Part shown: one piece after another, positions 26,640 through 39,200 of the stretch
Position numbering within the stretch: the stretch's first letter is position 1
Layout: every line of letters starts with the position of its first letter
Assembly: GCA_002269645.1 (NCBI GenBank)
Contig: NIVC01002629.1
Coordinates: 32,670-96,669 of the forward strand
Length of the DNA: 64,000 nucleotides
Reading direction: 5' to 3'
DNA from: Macrostomum lignano
Taxonomy: Eukaryota
The notes under the pieces: generated by a model
Database searches by the model: none
Seen by the model: only the letters and a program-made list of their open reading frames with translations
Told to the model about the DNA's origin: nothing
Made by a program: the position numbers and the translations under genes

Positions 26640-29600
26640 TGTAAATGCATTCTGACACCCAAAGAAACTTTGATCTATTGAATTTAGATATTTTGACGCT
26701 TCAGCTTATTGGCATTTTGGAAAACGGATATATGCACGCAGTGTTTTATGATTTATTCGTTTATTAAAATAAAATTAATACTTAAAACTTAATAAGAGTC
26801 TGTAAAATGAAATAAAACTGCCAGAACACAGTTGATTTTGGTTTAATGCATAAAGTAAAAATAAGTAATTTTAAATCAAATTATTCCAAGAACTTAGACC
26901 TGCCAGGCTTGGAAAAGTTTGTCTGTCATAGTATTTTACGCCGAACTCAGCTTACCTGCTGTCTGTATGTATTGTATCCCAAAGCAAATTTAGTGGCAGA
27001 CTAGCAATCTTAGCTGTGTAGCTTATTTTTTACTTTTTAGCTTTTTATTGTATAAGTGCCTAGGCCTATCACTTAATTTCATTGATAGTTTACCCCTTCT
27101 ATCAATTATCAATCGTAATGAGAAATGTCCTATTGCAATTTGATTGACATGTCCCATCTAAGTCGTTTCAGTTTAAAAAATGTACAAAGAATGTCGTCAT
27201 CCCCTGCGTCGAGCACAACGTATGTTTTATTTCTGATTGGCAATGAAATTATAAAACAAAGACAAAGTACCCCCATATTTTTAGTTTTTATGAAGATAGG
27301 TCTCAAAGTATGTAGGGCTCACTTATTATAATTTGATGTGTCTCACACATAATTTTAATTATAGTGGTAGATAATAGTCAATGTATTCAAAAAGAGAAAC
27401 TTGCTTATGTGTTAATTTTAATTGATATAGCATTTGAATAAAAAATCTAAGAAATCAAGGCAATAGGTATTATTTCTTTTATAAAATGCACTAATATTTC
27501 AATAAAAATTTCATTTTCAAATTCAATATTGATTTCAATTCCAAATTGAAATTGAAATTTATATTTTATTGCATGAAATATATTTCAGTCCTCTAGTATA
27601 AGTTAATAATCAATCTATGTTTAATGTAATTTATTCATTTACTTAGTTTATTTCTATTAGGCCCTATTAATATTTAATATATTCTATTTCAAAAATTAAA
27701 CAAATGAGCTATGGCAAAATCCAAATATTGGGGGCAAGTTTCTTGAAAATTTGTTTTTTTGGAAATTTGAAAACAATAAAGCTATAAAAGAATTTTTTGA
27801 GTTTTAAAAAGTTAGAAATATCTATAATTTATAAAAGCACAAAATATATATGTATAGCCTTATTTTTAATAAAAATGACTTGTTAAAACAGTAAATTAAA
27901 TTACTGTTTTAATGAGTTGTCTAAAATGACTCATAAAATTATAGAAAAGCTCTAATAATATATTTATTAGCTTTATAAGTATCTTATAATATTATATTCT
28001 ATAATGTTATACAACATATTTAATATTATTTTTTAAGGTTTTTTTGTTTATCACTTTTGTTACTATTGACAATGTGTATTTTGTAGAGTTCGTTTGCAAT
28101 AAATATTGTATTCAATATAAGTTTATTATTTAAGCATACAAATTCCTATAAAGATTTAGAAAGCAATTTAGAAAATTATTTTTCCTGCATACATGCTGCA
28201 ATGATACATATTTAAGTGTAATTTCATTATTCTTTGTTGCTTAATAAGCATCTAGTAAGATCTAGTAAGCATCTAATTTAGAAGCCAGGTAACACATTGG
28301 AATTCCCATGAGGATCAGAAAATTGCATTTTACTCAGCTTCCACTTACACCCTTTTGTAACATTCTTTTTAAGTCTAAATATAGGCATATTTTATATACT
28401 AATACTATACAAGTTGATATTTAAATGAAAGAAAACAACTGAAAGATTATTTTGCAACAAGGAATTAGTGGTATATTTACTTTTAGAGAAAGATGTTTGT
28501 TGGCAAACTTTGCACTTTAAATTGTATGAATTTTTGCAAGTTTGTGGTTTCAGAAAAACTTGAAAATCCTTAAAAATTCTTCATCTTTTTAAATAAAATA
28601 AAAAGTAAAACACAGAATATTTTCTGTTTTGTAAGTAGTGAAAAAATTAGGCTTCTCTAAGGTCTACAAGTCTTAAAATTAATTGTTTATAAATGAAAAA
28701 AGTATAACAAAAATTGCAAATTGGTCAACTTGGAATTTTAAAATGCTTTTTTTGTGGTTTTTTACTCATTTATTTAGTGATGTAAAGCATGAACACAATA
28801 GTTTTTATCCAAAACTATTTTAAAGACTTATCTGTCTTTCAAAAAGCTTTTTTAGATATATTATCTTCCATCATATGTCCGTAGATTTGTTTTACCATTT
28901 TATCCCACATTTTTGTATTTCACCATATAGGTATATAGCTTTTACTATTTACAACTATATCTGAATTATTGATAATACACCTTTATTACTAGAATAGTAC
29001 CTTGTTAAATAAAAAGACTGATTATGTTTTATATCGTTATTTTAACTTTAGCTTGCTAACCCACCATCTCTACCTAAATATTATACTTCTAGTATACAAT
29101 TCTAGTTGATTTAAGATAATGTACAAAATTGTATTAACTTGTAATATTTAAATATAGTTATGTTTTTAGTTCTATTTTTTGCTATTTAATCATATTTTTG
29201 TTTTTGATCATTGCTTTTATACTATTTTGATTTAAAAATACAATATTTGAATTTTATTTTAAAGTTTTTGTTTTATTTCAAAACATTTAATTTTAATGTT
29301 TTGAAAAATATAGAACAATTTATTGTCTTTATATTCTTCATTATCTTTCAAGAAAAAAAATAAATGAAAAAATTAGTTTGATCTTTGTATATGCATCATA
29401 TAAAGTCATCTAACATCCTATAAATATATCCTATAAATATTCTTTAAAATTTGCTGTCTATACATACATATGCTAGATTACTATTATTATAAATTACAAT
29501 TCAAATTAACAGTTTAATAGTTTAATAGTAAGATTATAATAGGATAAAACCTTATTTTAAAGTTATCTTTCTATTTTTTAATTCAACAATTCATTTATAG

Positions 29601-29850
29601 GAGATATGAATAAAACAGCATTGAAATCAACAAATCAATTGTTACTTAAAATATGATGTATAATGTCTAAAAGGAACTCTAGAAGTGAAACTATTAGTTT
29701 TATAATTATTAACAACTAATAGTTTTTTGTATTTTTAATGCAACATTTATTTTTATTCAGTTATTTCTTTAATTATATGCTATTACACTAGCTATATAAA
29801 TTCCTTTTTAGGTGGGAAGCCTAACTTTACACTAGCTGGGATCAGCTATG
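26640..29850. other. Very AT-rich non-coding island of about 3.2 kb
   Basis: Sampled 60-nt lines are about 15-27% GC; no minisatellite and no convincing ORF. Confidence 0.8.
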
Positions 29851-29950
29851 ATGATGGTAAGCAATGATCACCATTTTTTTCATATTTAGCTTTATAGATA
29901 TCAAAAATCATATAGGACACTTTCACTTTATTTCTCACTTCTCTATTCAG

Positions 29951-30104
29951 CTCCAGAGCAGATCCTGGACAAGGTCGAGTCTGCATTTGCAGCTGACCAA
30001 CTCGATGCTGAGGGAGTGCAGCGCCGGATTCACCTGTGCAATGCCTTGGTTCGTCTGTCCAAGCGCTTGCTGGCATCTGTTGACGTTGATGACATCTTCA
30101 GCAG
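29951..30104 (+). CDS. RICTOR: RICTOR exon (PEQILDKVES...DVDDIFS)
   Basis: TATTCAG acceptor, GTGAGG donor, open frame continuous with the next exon. Confidence 0.75.
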
Positions 30105-33100
30105 GTGAGGCTGGCCTCATCTCACCACTTGTTGCCAGTTTTGTATAGATAATGCTTGTGTACATGCCTCTTTCAATTGGTGAAGTGAATTCTGCTACTT
30201 CACCTGCCCACCCCTATCTACTCCACCCGTGAACTGACGAACACTCCGCCCCACCCCGCCGCAGCCTGGTGCCCGGCTTCTTCCAGGAGTGCCCAGAGCT
30301 GCGGGCGGCGCTGCTCCGGTGCGTGCGCAAATTTTTGGTCGACGATGTCGCCGTCCGCAGCTTTTTGAAGTTTCGCTTGGACATCTGCGTTGCCAGGTGA
30401 GACAGTCAATGTACTTTAGTATTCTTGTCAGAGTGTACTTCAGTATTCTTGTCAGAGTGTACTTCAGTATTGTCAAAGTGTACTTCAGTATTCTTGTCAA
30501 AGTGTACTTCTCAGTATTCTTGTCAGAGTGTACTTTAGTATTCTTGTCAGAGTGTACTTTAGTATTCTTGTCAGAGTGTACTTCAGTATTCTTGTCAAAG
30601 TGTACTTCAGTATTCTTGTCAAAGTGTACTTCAGTATTCTTGTCAAAGTGTACTTCAGTATTCTTGTCAAAGTGTACTTCTCAGTATTCTTGTCAGAGTG
30701 TACTTTAGTATTCTTGTCAGAGTGTACTTCAGTATTCTTGTCAAAGTGTACTTCAGTATTCTTGTCAAAGTGTACTTCTCAGTATTCTTGTCAGAGTGTA
30801 CTTCAGTATTCTTGTCAGAGTGTACTTCAGTATTCTTGTCAGAGTGTACTTCAGTATTCTTGTCAGAGTGTACTTCAGTATTCTTGTCAGAGTGTACTTC
30901 AGTATTCTTGTCAGAGTGTACTTCAGTATTCTTGTCAGAGTGTACTTTAGTATTCTTGTCAGAGTGTACTTCAGTATTCTTGTCAGAGTGTACTTCAGTA
31001 TTGTCAAAGTGTACTTCAGTATTCTTGTCAAAGTGTACTTCTCAGTATTCTTGTCAGAGTGTACTTTAGTATTCTTGTCAGAGTGTACTTTAGTATTCTT
31101 GTCAGAGTGTACTTCAGTATTCTTGTCAAAGTGTACTTCAGTATTCTTGTCAAAGTGTACTTCAGTATTCTTGTCAAAGTGTACTTCAGTATTCTTGTCA
31201 AAGTGTACTTCTCAGTATTCTTGTCAGAGTGTACTTTAGTATTCTTGTCAGAGTGTACTTCAGTATTCTTGTCAAAGTGTACTTCAGTATTCTTGTCAAA
31301 GTGTACTTCTCAGTATTCTTGTCAGAGTGTACTTCAGTATTCTTGTCAGAGTGTACTTCAGTATTCTTGTCAGAGTGTACTTCAGTATTCTTGTCAGAGT
31401 GTACTTCAGTATTCTTGTCAGAGTGTACTTCAGTATTCTTGTCAAAGTGTACTTCAGTATTCTTGTCAAAGTGTACTTCAGTATTCTTGTCAAAGTGTAT
31501 TATCCATGCCCCACCCCAGGTGCCTGGATCTCGGCTCACTAGATGAGGAGCCATCAGCCGGTCTGCTGCAGCAGTCGGAGCGCTTCCAGGCCATGAAGCT
31601 GATCAACGCGCTGCTGCACCGAAGCCCACGCCGGGTCACAGCCGCTCTGGTGCAGCCGCTTCTGGCCATCTGCCGGCACGCCGAGCGGGACGAGCGTCGG
31701 GACCGACTGATGCGCGCCGCAGTGCTGGCGCTGGCTGAGCTGGCGCTGCTCAACCCGCCCGCCGTGGCGCCCGGACTTGGCGCCCTCCTTCAGGTGCGAA
31801 AGTTTAAAGCCATGAAATCCCATGGGAACTTTGTAGGCTGGGATTTGAATCATGGGATTTTTGCAGATTGGGATTTGAATCATGGGATTTGTGCAGGTTG
31901 GGATTTGAATCATGGAATTTTTGCAGGTTGGGATTTGAATCATGGGATTTGAATTATGGGATTTGTGTGGGTTGGGATTTGAATCATGGGATTTGTGTAG
32001 GTTGGGATTTGAATCATGGGATTTGTGTAGGTTGGGATTTGAATCATGGGATTTGTGTGGGTTGGGATTTGAATCATGGGATTTGTGTAGGTTGGGATTT
32101 GAATCATGGGATTTGTGTGGGTTGGGATTTGAATCATGGGATTTGTGTAGGTTGGGATTTAAATCATGGGATTTGTGTGGGTTGGGATTTGAATCATGGG
32201 ATTTTTGCAGGCTAGGATTTGAATCATGGGATTTTTGCAGGCTGGGATTTAAAAAGTGTTTTGGTGCTTTGGAAAAAGCAATATTTTTTGGGATTCTTCC
32301 TTCGGTTCCCAATCCGGTTCCAATTTGCCTCCCCAACAGGCCAGCCTGGAGGCGCCGCTGCCCCCGCGCTGCACCGAAGCGCTGGTGGCCGCCCTGGCCA
32401 GCTTGCTGAATTCGCCTGACGGCCGGCAGCATTGGGGCGCCGTCCGAGCCTGCCTTGACTACCTGACCGGCCCGCTGGCCGGCTCCGAGCTCCGGGCCGA
32501 CGGCCGGCGCGGCCAGCAGCGCGGCGGCGGCGGCTTTGTCGGCGGCAGCGGCCGGCCAGCTCTGCTGTCGCTGTTCCGCAGCTGGCCGGGCCTCCTGGCC
32601 TCCCGGCCTCCGCGCAGCCTCGTCGCCATGCTGGGCGTGCAGAACAGCCCCGGCGCCGTGCTGGACCTGCTGCACTTTTACTTCGACCTGTTCCTGGTGC
32701 GCCGGCCGCCGCCGGGCCTCCAGCTGGGCTGTCGCCAGCTGGCTGACGCCGTGCGCACGCCCAGCCCCGCCTGGGACCTCGCCGACGGTTTCGTGGCTGC
32801 TGAAGGCTGCGACTTGGTGCCGCCGCCGTCTGGGGGCCCCGAGCTGCGGCCCGCCCAGGCCCACCAGGCCCTGCTGCTGCAGCAGTTCGCCTGCCTCGGC
32901 CTGCTGCGCTCCCTGGCCGGCCTTCTCACTGCCGACTCGCCCGCCCTGGCCGGCGGCGCCGCCCTGCTGCTCGGCGAGCTGCTCTTCCGCTGCCGCCTGC
33001 TGCCGCCCGGCGCCCTTGGCGACACCGACCCGGCCGCGTGTTTGGCGCCGCTGCTTGACAGCGGGGCGGGGCGCCAGGCTCTGCTGCTGGTGTCCGCTGT

Positions 33101-33145
33101 GCAGGTGACCGCAGCTACTGGCCTGTGTCTGTCTGTCTGTCTTAG

Positions 33146-33210
<65 letters not shown>

Positions 33211-33213
33211 TAG

Positions 33214-33250
<37 letters not shown>

Positions 33251-36200
33251 TAGTGTCTGTCTGTCTGTCTCTCTGTCTGTCTGTCTGTCTGTCGGTCTGT
33301 CAATCTGCCCGTCCACCTGCCTATATATCTTAATGTTTTTCTGTGCATGTCTTTCTGGCTTGCCTGTCTGTGCCTTGATGACAGTTTTTTCTTTGTAGTT
33401 GTACTTTTCTGTCGCTCCAAGCTTTATACTTATTAGTACACATTCTATTTTCCTTTTCCATCGCATACACAGACGTACCATTGCAGTATTAATTTGCTGT
33501 TTTTATGAGGCTGGCGGGGCGTCAGTATTGCTATGCTAAGTCAAGGGAGCTTGGGGAGGGTGCCTGCTTCGTGCTGAGTGACGGAATTCGCGCATCAGTG
33601 GAGCCTGCTAAAAGGGCATCCGTGGCAAAAGTGCTGCTAAATATTTATATTGTTTGTCTTCCAACCAGGGCGCTAAGAAAAAAGGTCAGCTACATCAGCT
33701 GTATTTCTGTCGCCCCCCGGCCAATTAGCCCGACACCGGGCTTGCTTCTGTTTTGATCAGAATAGAGATCGCCGTGCACTTTTATACTTGTCATTAAGGG
33801 ACAAAAGCTGGGCTGAATTCGAACTGCCTCAAAGCGTTGTGAGATTTCATTGAGGCAGTTTGTAGTCAGCTGCAGCGCGCCGATCCCCTTCTTCGCATCC
33901 CATTGTGCGCTGCCCCTGCTTGTGTGGCTATAAATATTTTAGCGTCTGGCCGCCTGCGCTGCGTGCCTGGGATCGGGCAAGTGGAGGCTTGTCTGCGCCA
34001 GGCCCTTTTGTCACTGGCATCGGGAGGGGGAAAGTCAGACAGGGATTTGGAAGCCGAGTGTCTGTCTGCTGCACTTTATTTATTTATTTAAGCTGCCGCA
34101 GTTACCCCTGAAAATGCATTAATTATTCATTTCGGCGATTGCAATTCCAAATTAGGAAAAAATAGCGTTTTTATGGCGGGATTATAAAATTGGGATTTCT
34201 AATTGACTGTCTCCCCGCCCCACCCCCGCCAGACGGCTCGGGCTCGGCCGCCTCGGGCCAGCTCCGTCTACCTGGCCCACCTGCTCGGCCAGGCGTCCTG
34301 TCGCCATGGCAACAGTCGACTTGGCGTCGGCGCCAGCTGTGCCAATTCGCGCGCCTCCGACCTGCCGCTGGTGCCGCCCGACGCTGGCGCCGCTGCCGAC
34401 TGCGGTGACGGCGCCGACCTCTCCGCGCCGCTGCCTTCGCTGTCCGGCGCTGGGTCGCCGCAGTCGGCCGGCGGCTGGCAGGCGGACCCGGACTGCTGGC
34501 CTTGGCCGGAGCTGCCCGGCTTTCTCAGGCGCCTGGCCGCTGCCGACTCCCGGCGGCTGTTTGCCAGCGTCGGCTCCGGCGGCTCCTCCGGCCGACTTAA
34601 CGACGCCTGGCTGGGGCTGTGCAGGCGGCTGTGCAGCTTCTACTCGCCCTTCGCGCTGGCCGCCCGCCCACTGGACTGGCGCCACGCCAAGGACGCCGGC
34701 CTGTCCGCGCCGCATTTTGGCCGCCTGCTGGGCCGCCTGGCCGACCGCTGCCGCGTCCTGCACGCCTCCGCCTTCGACTTGGCGGCCGCCTGCGCCCGAT
34801 TCTTTGACGAGGCCGCCGCCAAGCAGTCTGTGGCCATCGAGCTGGAGACCTCGTGCGCCCGGTGCGCCCTGCTGGTGGCCGCCTCCCTGCCGCCCGAGCT
34901 GCTCAACTCGACAGGCCTGTCGGTTGCTCTGGACCGCCTGCTCTCGGGTCCGCCCGGGCCCGCCAAGCTGCTGCTGGCCTCGCTGGACTACGCCAGGGGC
35001 GACTTCGGCCGGCGGGTGCTTCGCAAAGCTGTGGCGCCAGGCTCTGGCGCGGCCTCTGGCGCCGCCGTCTCCTCTGCCGGCGTAACCGCTGGCGTCGGCG
35101 TCGCCTCGGGTTCCTCAGCCGCGTCGAGCGGTCATTCGGCGGCCGGCACTGCAGCCGGTGCCGTCGGACCGTCGGCGTCGGCGGCCTCGATGACGAACGT
35201 CGCCCTGGCTGACGCGCCGCCGTCGGAGACCCGGCAGTTTGGCGTCCGCCTGCTGACGCTGCTGCTGCGGCTCGGCCTGGCCTGGGCCTGGGGGCCCGAC
35301 CTGCTGCTGCGCTTGCTGCCCGACCCTGACGCCGCCGTGCAGGCCGCCGCCTTGGCCGCCTTGGAGGAGACCTGCGACCATCTGCAGCAGCAGCACTGGC
35401 TGAGCTCCTGCCTGCTGCGCCTGCCGGCTGCGGCCGCCCAGATTGGCGAACAGGTGAGATTTCCGGTTCTTTCACCCCAGTGTTTATTCATCCAGTGCGA
35501 TTACCATCCAGGGTGAGATTTCCATACAGGGTGAGATTTCCATACAGAGTGAGATTTCCATACAGGGTGAGATTTCCATACACTGTGAGATTTCCATACA
35601 GGGTGAGATTTCCATACAGAGTGAGATTTCCATACACTGTGAGATTTCCATACAGGGTGAGATTTCCATACAGAGTGAGATTTCCATACACTGTGAGATT
35701 CCAAAAATATTCAACGCGTTGCTGAACCAGAAAAATATCCCGAATGTCTCACCAGGCGGCGCCCCTCCTAGCGCGCCTGTGTGGCCACCCGGCCGGCTAC
35801 CGGGCCATGTCGGAGCGCGCCCTGCTGCAGCAGCAGTGGCAGCTGTGGCGCTGCGGCCTGTGCGCCAAATATCCGCACACTGTGGACACCCTGCTGGCCG
35901 AGTCTTACGCCTCCGGCTGCCGACTGCCAACCCACTTGTTCGGCCAGCTCGCCCGCCACTCGGACGGTGTCCGCTACCTGGCCGGCCAGTCCTACGTGGC
36001 CGGCCTGGCCCAGCGAGTTCGTGAACTCCCCGGTGAGGACGCCGAGTTCTGGTGCGACCGGGCGGAGGTGGCCGCCGCCAAGGCCGCGCTGTGGGCTGTC
36101 GGTCACGTGGCCTCCACTGAGCTCGGCCTGCTGCTGCTCGAAGGCCGGAGCGACGGCGACTGCGATAATGACGACGGCAACTGCGTCGGAATCGGAGTCG

Positions 36201-39200
36201 GCGCTGTGGCATCGATGGCGCAGCTGGCGCAGGCCTGCCCGGTACTCAGCGTCCGAGGCGTCTGCTTCTGGGCGCTGTGCCTTGTCGCCTCCAGCCAGGC
36301 TGGCGGCCGCCTTCTGGAGCGGCTGGGCTGGCTGCACTCGCGCGACTGCCACCGCTGGCTGGCCCGGCCGGTCTGCCTGTCTGACGATGACCCAGCGGCG
36401 GCCGACTGCGCCGGGATCGTGTTCGATGAGGAGGACGAGTTTGTTGTTGGCTGCGGCGACGCTGCGTTTGGCAGCGGCTTCGAATTTGGCGAATCTGGCA
36501 CTGGCGATGATGACACTTTTACTGCATCGTCTACTCAGTCTCCGAGGCCTGTCAGGTGAGGCCTGGTTGGCGTTGGGGTGAGTTATATAAGGTTTGGTGT
36601 AGTTTGAGTAGCTGGGGTACAGTTTGAGTAGCTTGGATACAGTTTGAGTAGCTTGGATACAGTTTGAGTAGCTTGGATACAGTTTGAGTAGCTTGGATAC
36701 AGTTTGAGTAGGTTGGGTACAGTTTGAGTAGATTGGGTACAGTTTGAGTAGGTTGGGTACAGTTTGAGTAGGTTGGGTACAGTTTTGATTAGCTTGGGTA
36801 CAGTTTGAGTAGCTTGGGTACAGTTTGAGTAGCTTGGGTACAGTTTGAGTAGCTTGGGTACAGTTTGAGTAGCTTGGGTACAGTTTGAGTAGGTAGGGTA
36901 CAGTTTTGAATAGCTTTGGTAGAGTTTGAGTAGCTTGGGTACAGTTTTGAGTAGCTTGGGTGGAGATTAAATAGGTTGGGTACAGTTTTGAGTAGCTTGG
37001 GTACAGTTTGAGTAGGTTGGGTACAGTTTGAGTAGCTTGGGTACAGTTTGAGAAGCTTGGGTGGAGATTGAGTAGATTGAGTGGTTGTGTAGCTTGGGTA
37101 GAGTTTGAGTAGGTTGGGTACAGTTTTGATTAGCTTGGGTACAGTTTGAGTAGGTTGGGTACAGTTTGAGTAGGTTGGGTACAGTTTTGAGTAGCTTTGG
37201 TACAGCTTGAATAACTCGGGTGGATGTTGAGTAGGTTCTGCAAATTTGAGTAAGTTTATGTTCAGTTTAAGCAGGTTGAACTTGAGCACGTGTTACGAAT
37301 CGTACCCAGTTGGAAGTGTGGGTAGGGTTTTGATAATCGGCCGTAATTTAATAATGCGGCTATGAAGCTCCATCACTAATGAGCGATGGCGCAGGCAAAC
37401 TCTTGTTCAAAGCCGGCTCTTAAATCAAGTGATGCGGCTCACGCGGATTCCCAGCAGCCCAACAGTCCGAATTTCTGCGCCAAGATTGATTGGCAATCGG
37501 CCTCCCGCTGGGACTCTTTTTATTGCAAAATAGCGCAGCCTAATTGATGTTGCCTTCTCTGGCAGGCAGTGATTGATTGCTTCCCGCTGGCGCTTCAAAG
37601 TTGGGCTGCGGTTTTACCTGCCTGTCTATTGTGCCTTCAAATCGATTGAGACATGACTGCCGCGTAACTCCTGTGCCACCCCTGTCCAGTCCGCATTTTC
37701 TATCCGCTCCCTATCCGCCCTTAAGACACATTTTCTATCCGCCCCCCCATAGAGACACATTTTCTATCCGCTCCCTATCCGCCCTTATGACACATTTTAT
37801 ATCCGCCCCCCCATAGAGACCACATTTTCTATCCGCTCCCTATCCGCCCTTAAGACACATTTTCTATCCGCCCCCATAAAGACACATTTTCTACCCGCCC
37901 CCACCAAAAAGACACATTTTCTACCCGCCCCACCATAAAGACACATTTTCTACCCGCCCCCACCAAAAAGACACATTTTCTACCCGCCCCCACCATAAAG
38001 ACACATTTTCTATCCGCCCTATAGAGTCACATTTTATATCAGCCCCATAAAGACACATTTTCTATCTGCTTCTGTAAAGACATATTTTCTATCCGCCCCT
38101 TTGAGGACACATTTTCTATCCGCCCTATAGAGACACATTTTCTATCTGCTTCTGTAAAGACATATTTTCTATCCGCCCCTTTGAGGACACATTTTCTATC
38201 CGCCCTATAGAGACACATTTTCTATCCGCCCCCATAAAGACACATTTCCAACCGCCCCCAGACACATTCATCCGATCTATTCGCCCATATCGCCCACACA
38301 CTGCACCTGTTCAAGCCCTTCAGGCACTGTTAATTCTACTATCAAGTGCACGCCCAGACCAGAGCAATTGTCGTTCCCGTCCCGCCGCAGACGCCGCAAA
38401 GGTCGCAGCTCGAGCGAAAGCGAGGACGTCCTGACCCGGATGCTGGTGCTGCCGGACGCCAGGCGGACCTGGACCGGCACCTCGGCCGCCAGCCTGCTCA
38501 GCCGGGTGCGCCAGCTCGGCGCCAACGTCACCGTCACCTCCGCCTCCCTGGCCGCCATCAGCCAGCAGCCGGTCTTCGCTGAGGAAGCCGCCGCGGCTGC
38601 CGCTGGCGCATCATCGATTCCGCCGCGCCGAGCGCCGCCACCAACGCCGGCCGGCCTGGCGCTGCCGCGCGACCCGCACGCGCTCACTTTGCACCGGCAC
38701 TGCGGCTCCGCGTTTGCCGCTGCGACCAGCGCCGCCGCCTCAGCGTCTGCCGCGTCCGCCTCGACATCCGCGTCCTCCCAGAAGCAGCAGCGGCAGCAGC
38801 GGATTTCGTCTTCGCAGGCGCCACCGCCGCCGGACGATTCGGCGCCGACCAGCGGCTACGCCAGCTGCGTTGGCTCCCGCGCCCAGCTGGCCGGCCCGGA
38901 GCCCGGCGAGCTCCTCCTGCTGGCCGCCGCTAGCGACGCCGGCGGATCTCCGCCTGGCGAGGCCGCCCACGCCGAGGAGGCCTGCGTCGGCTGCCGGCTT
39001 CGACAGCACCGATCCGCCCGCCGGTGGACCGCGCAGACGCCGCCGCCGCCGCCCGATGCCGACAATTCTACGGCGGCTGCTGCCGCGTCGCCGGCGGGCA
39101 CTGCTAGACGCGACGTGCTCAGGCTGGTCGGCCTGCTCACCTGCCAGGTGAATCTGGCAAAAAATGAGGACGCCCTGGTGCAGCTGCGCGCCCGCTGGCC

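Noticed and set aside
37280-37690. Possible intronic snoRNA (small hairpin, GTGATG motif)
   Set aside because: No complete C/D or H/ACA box arrangement seen.
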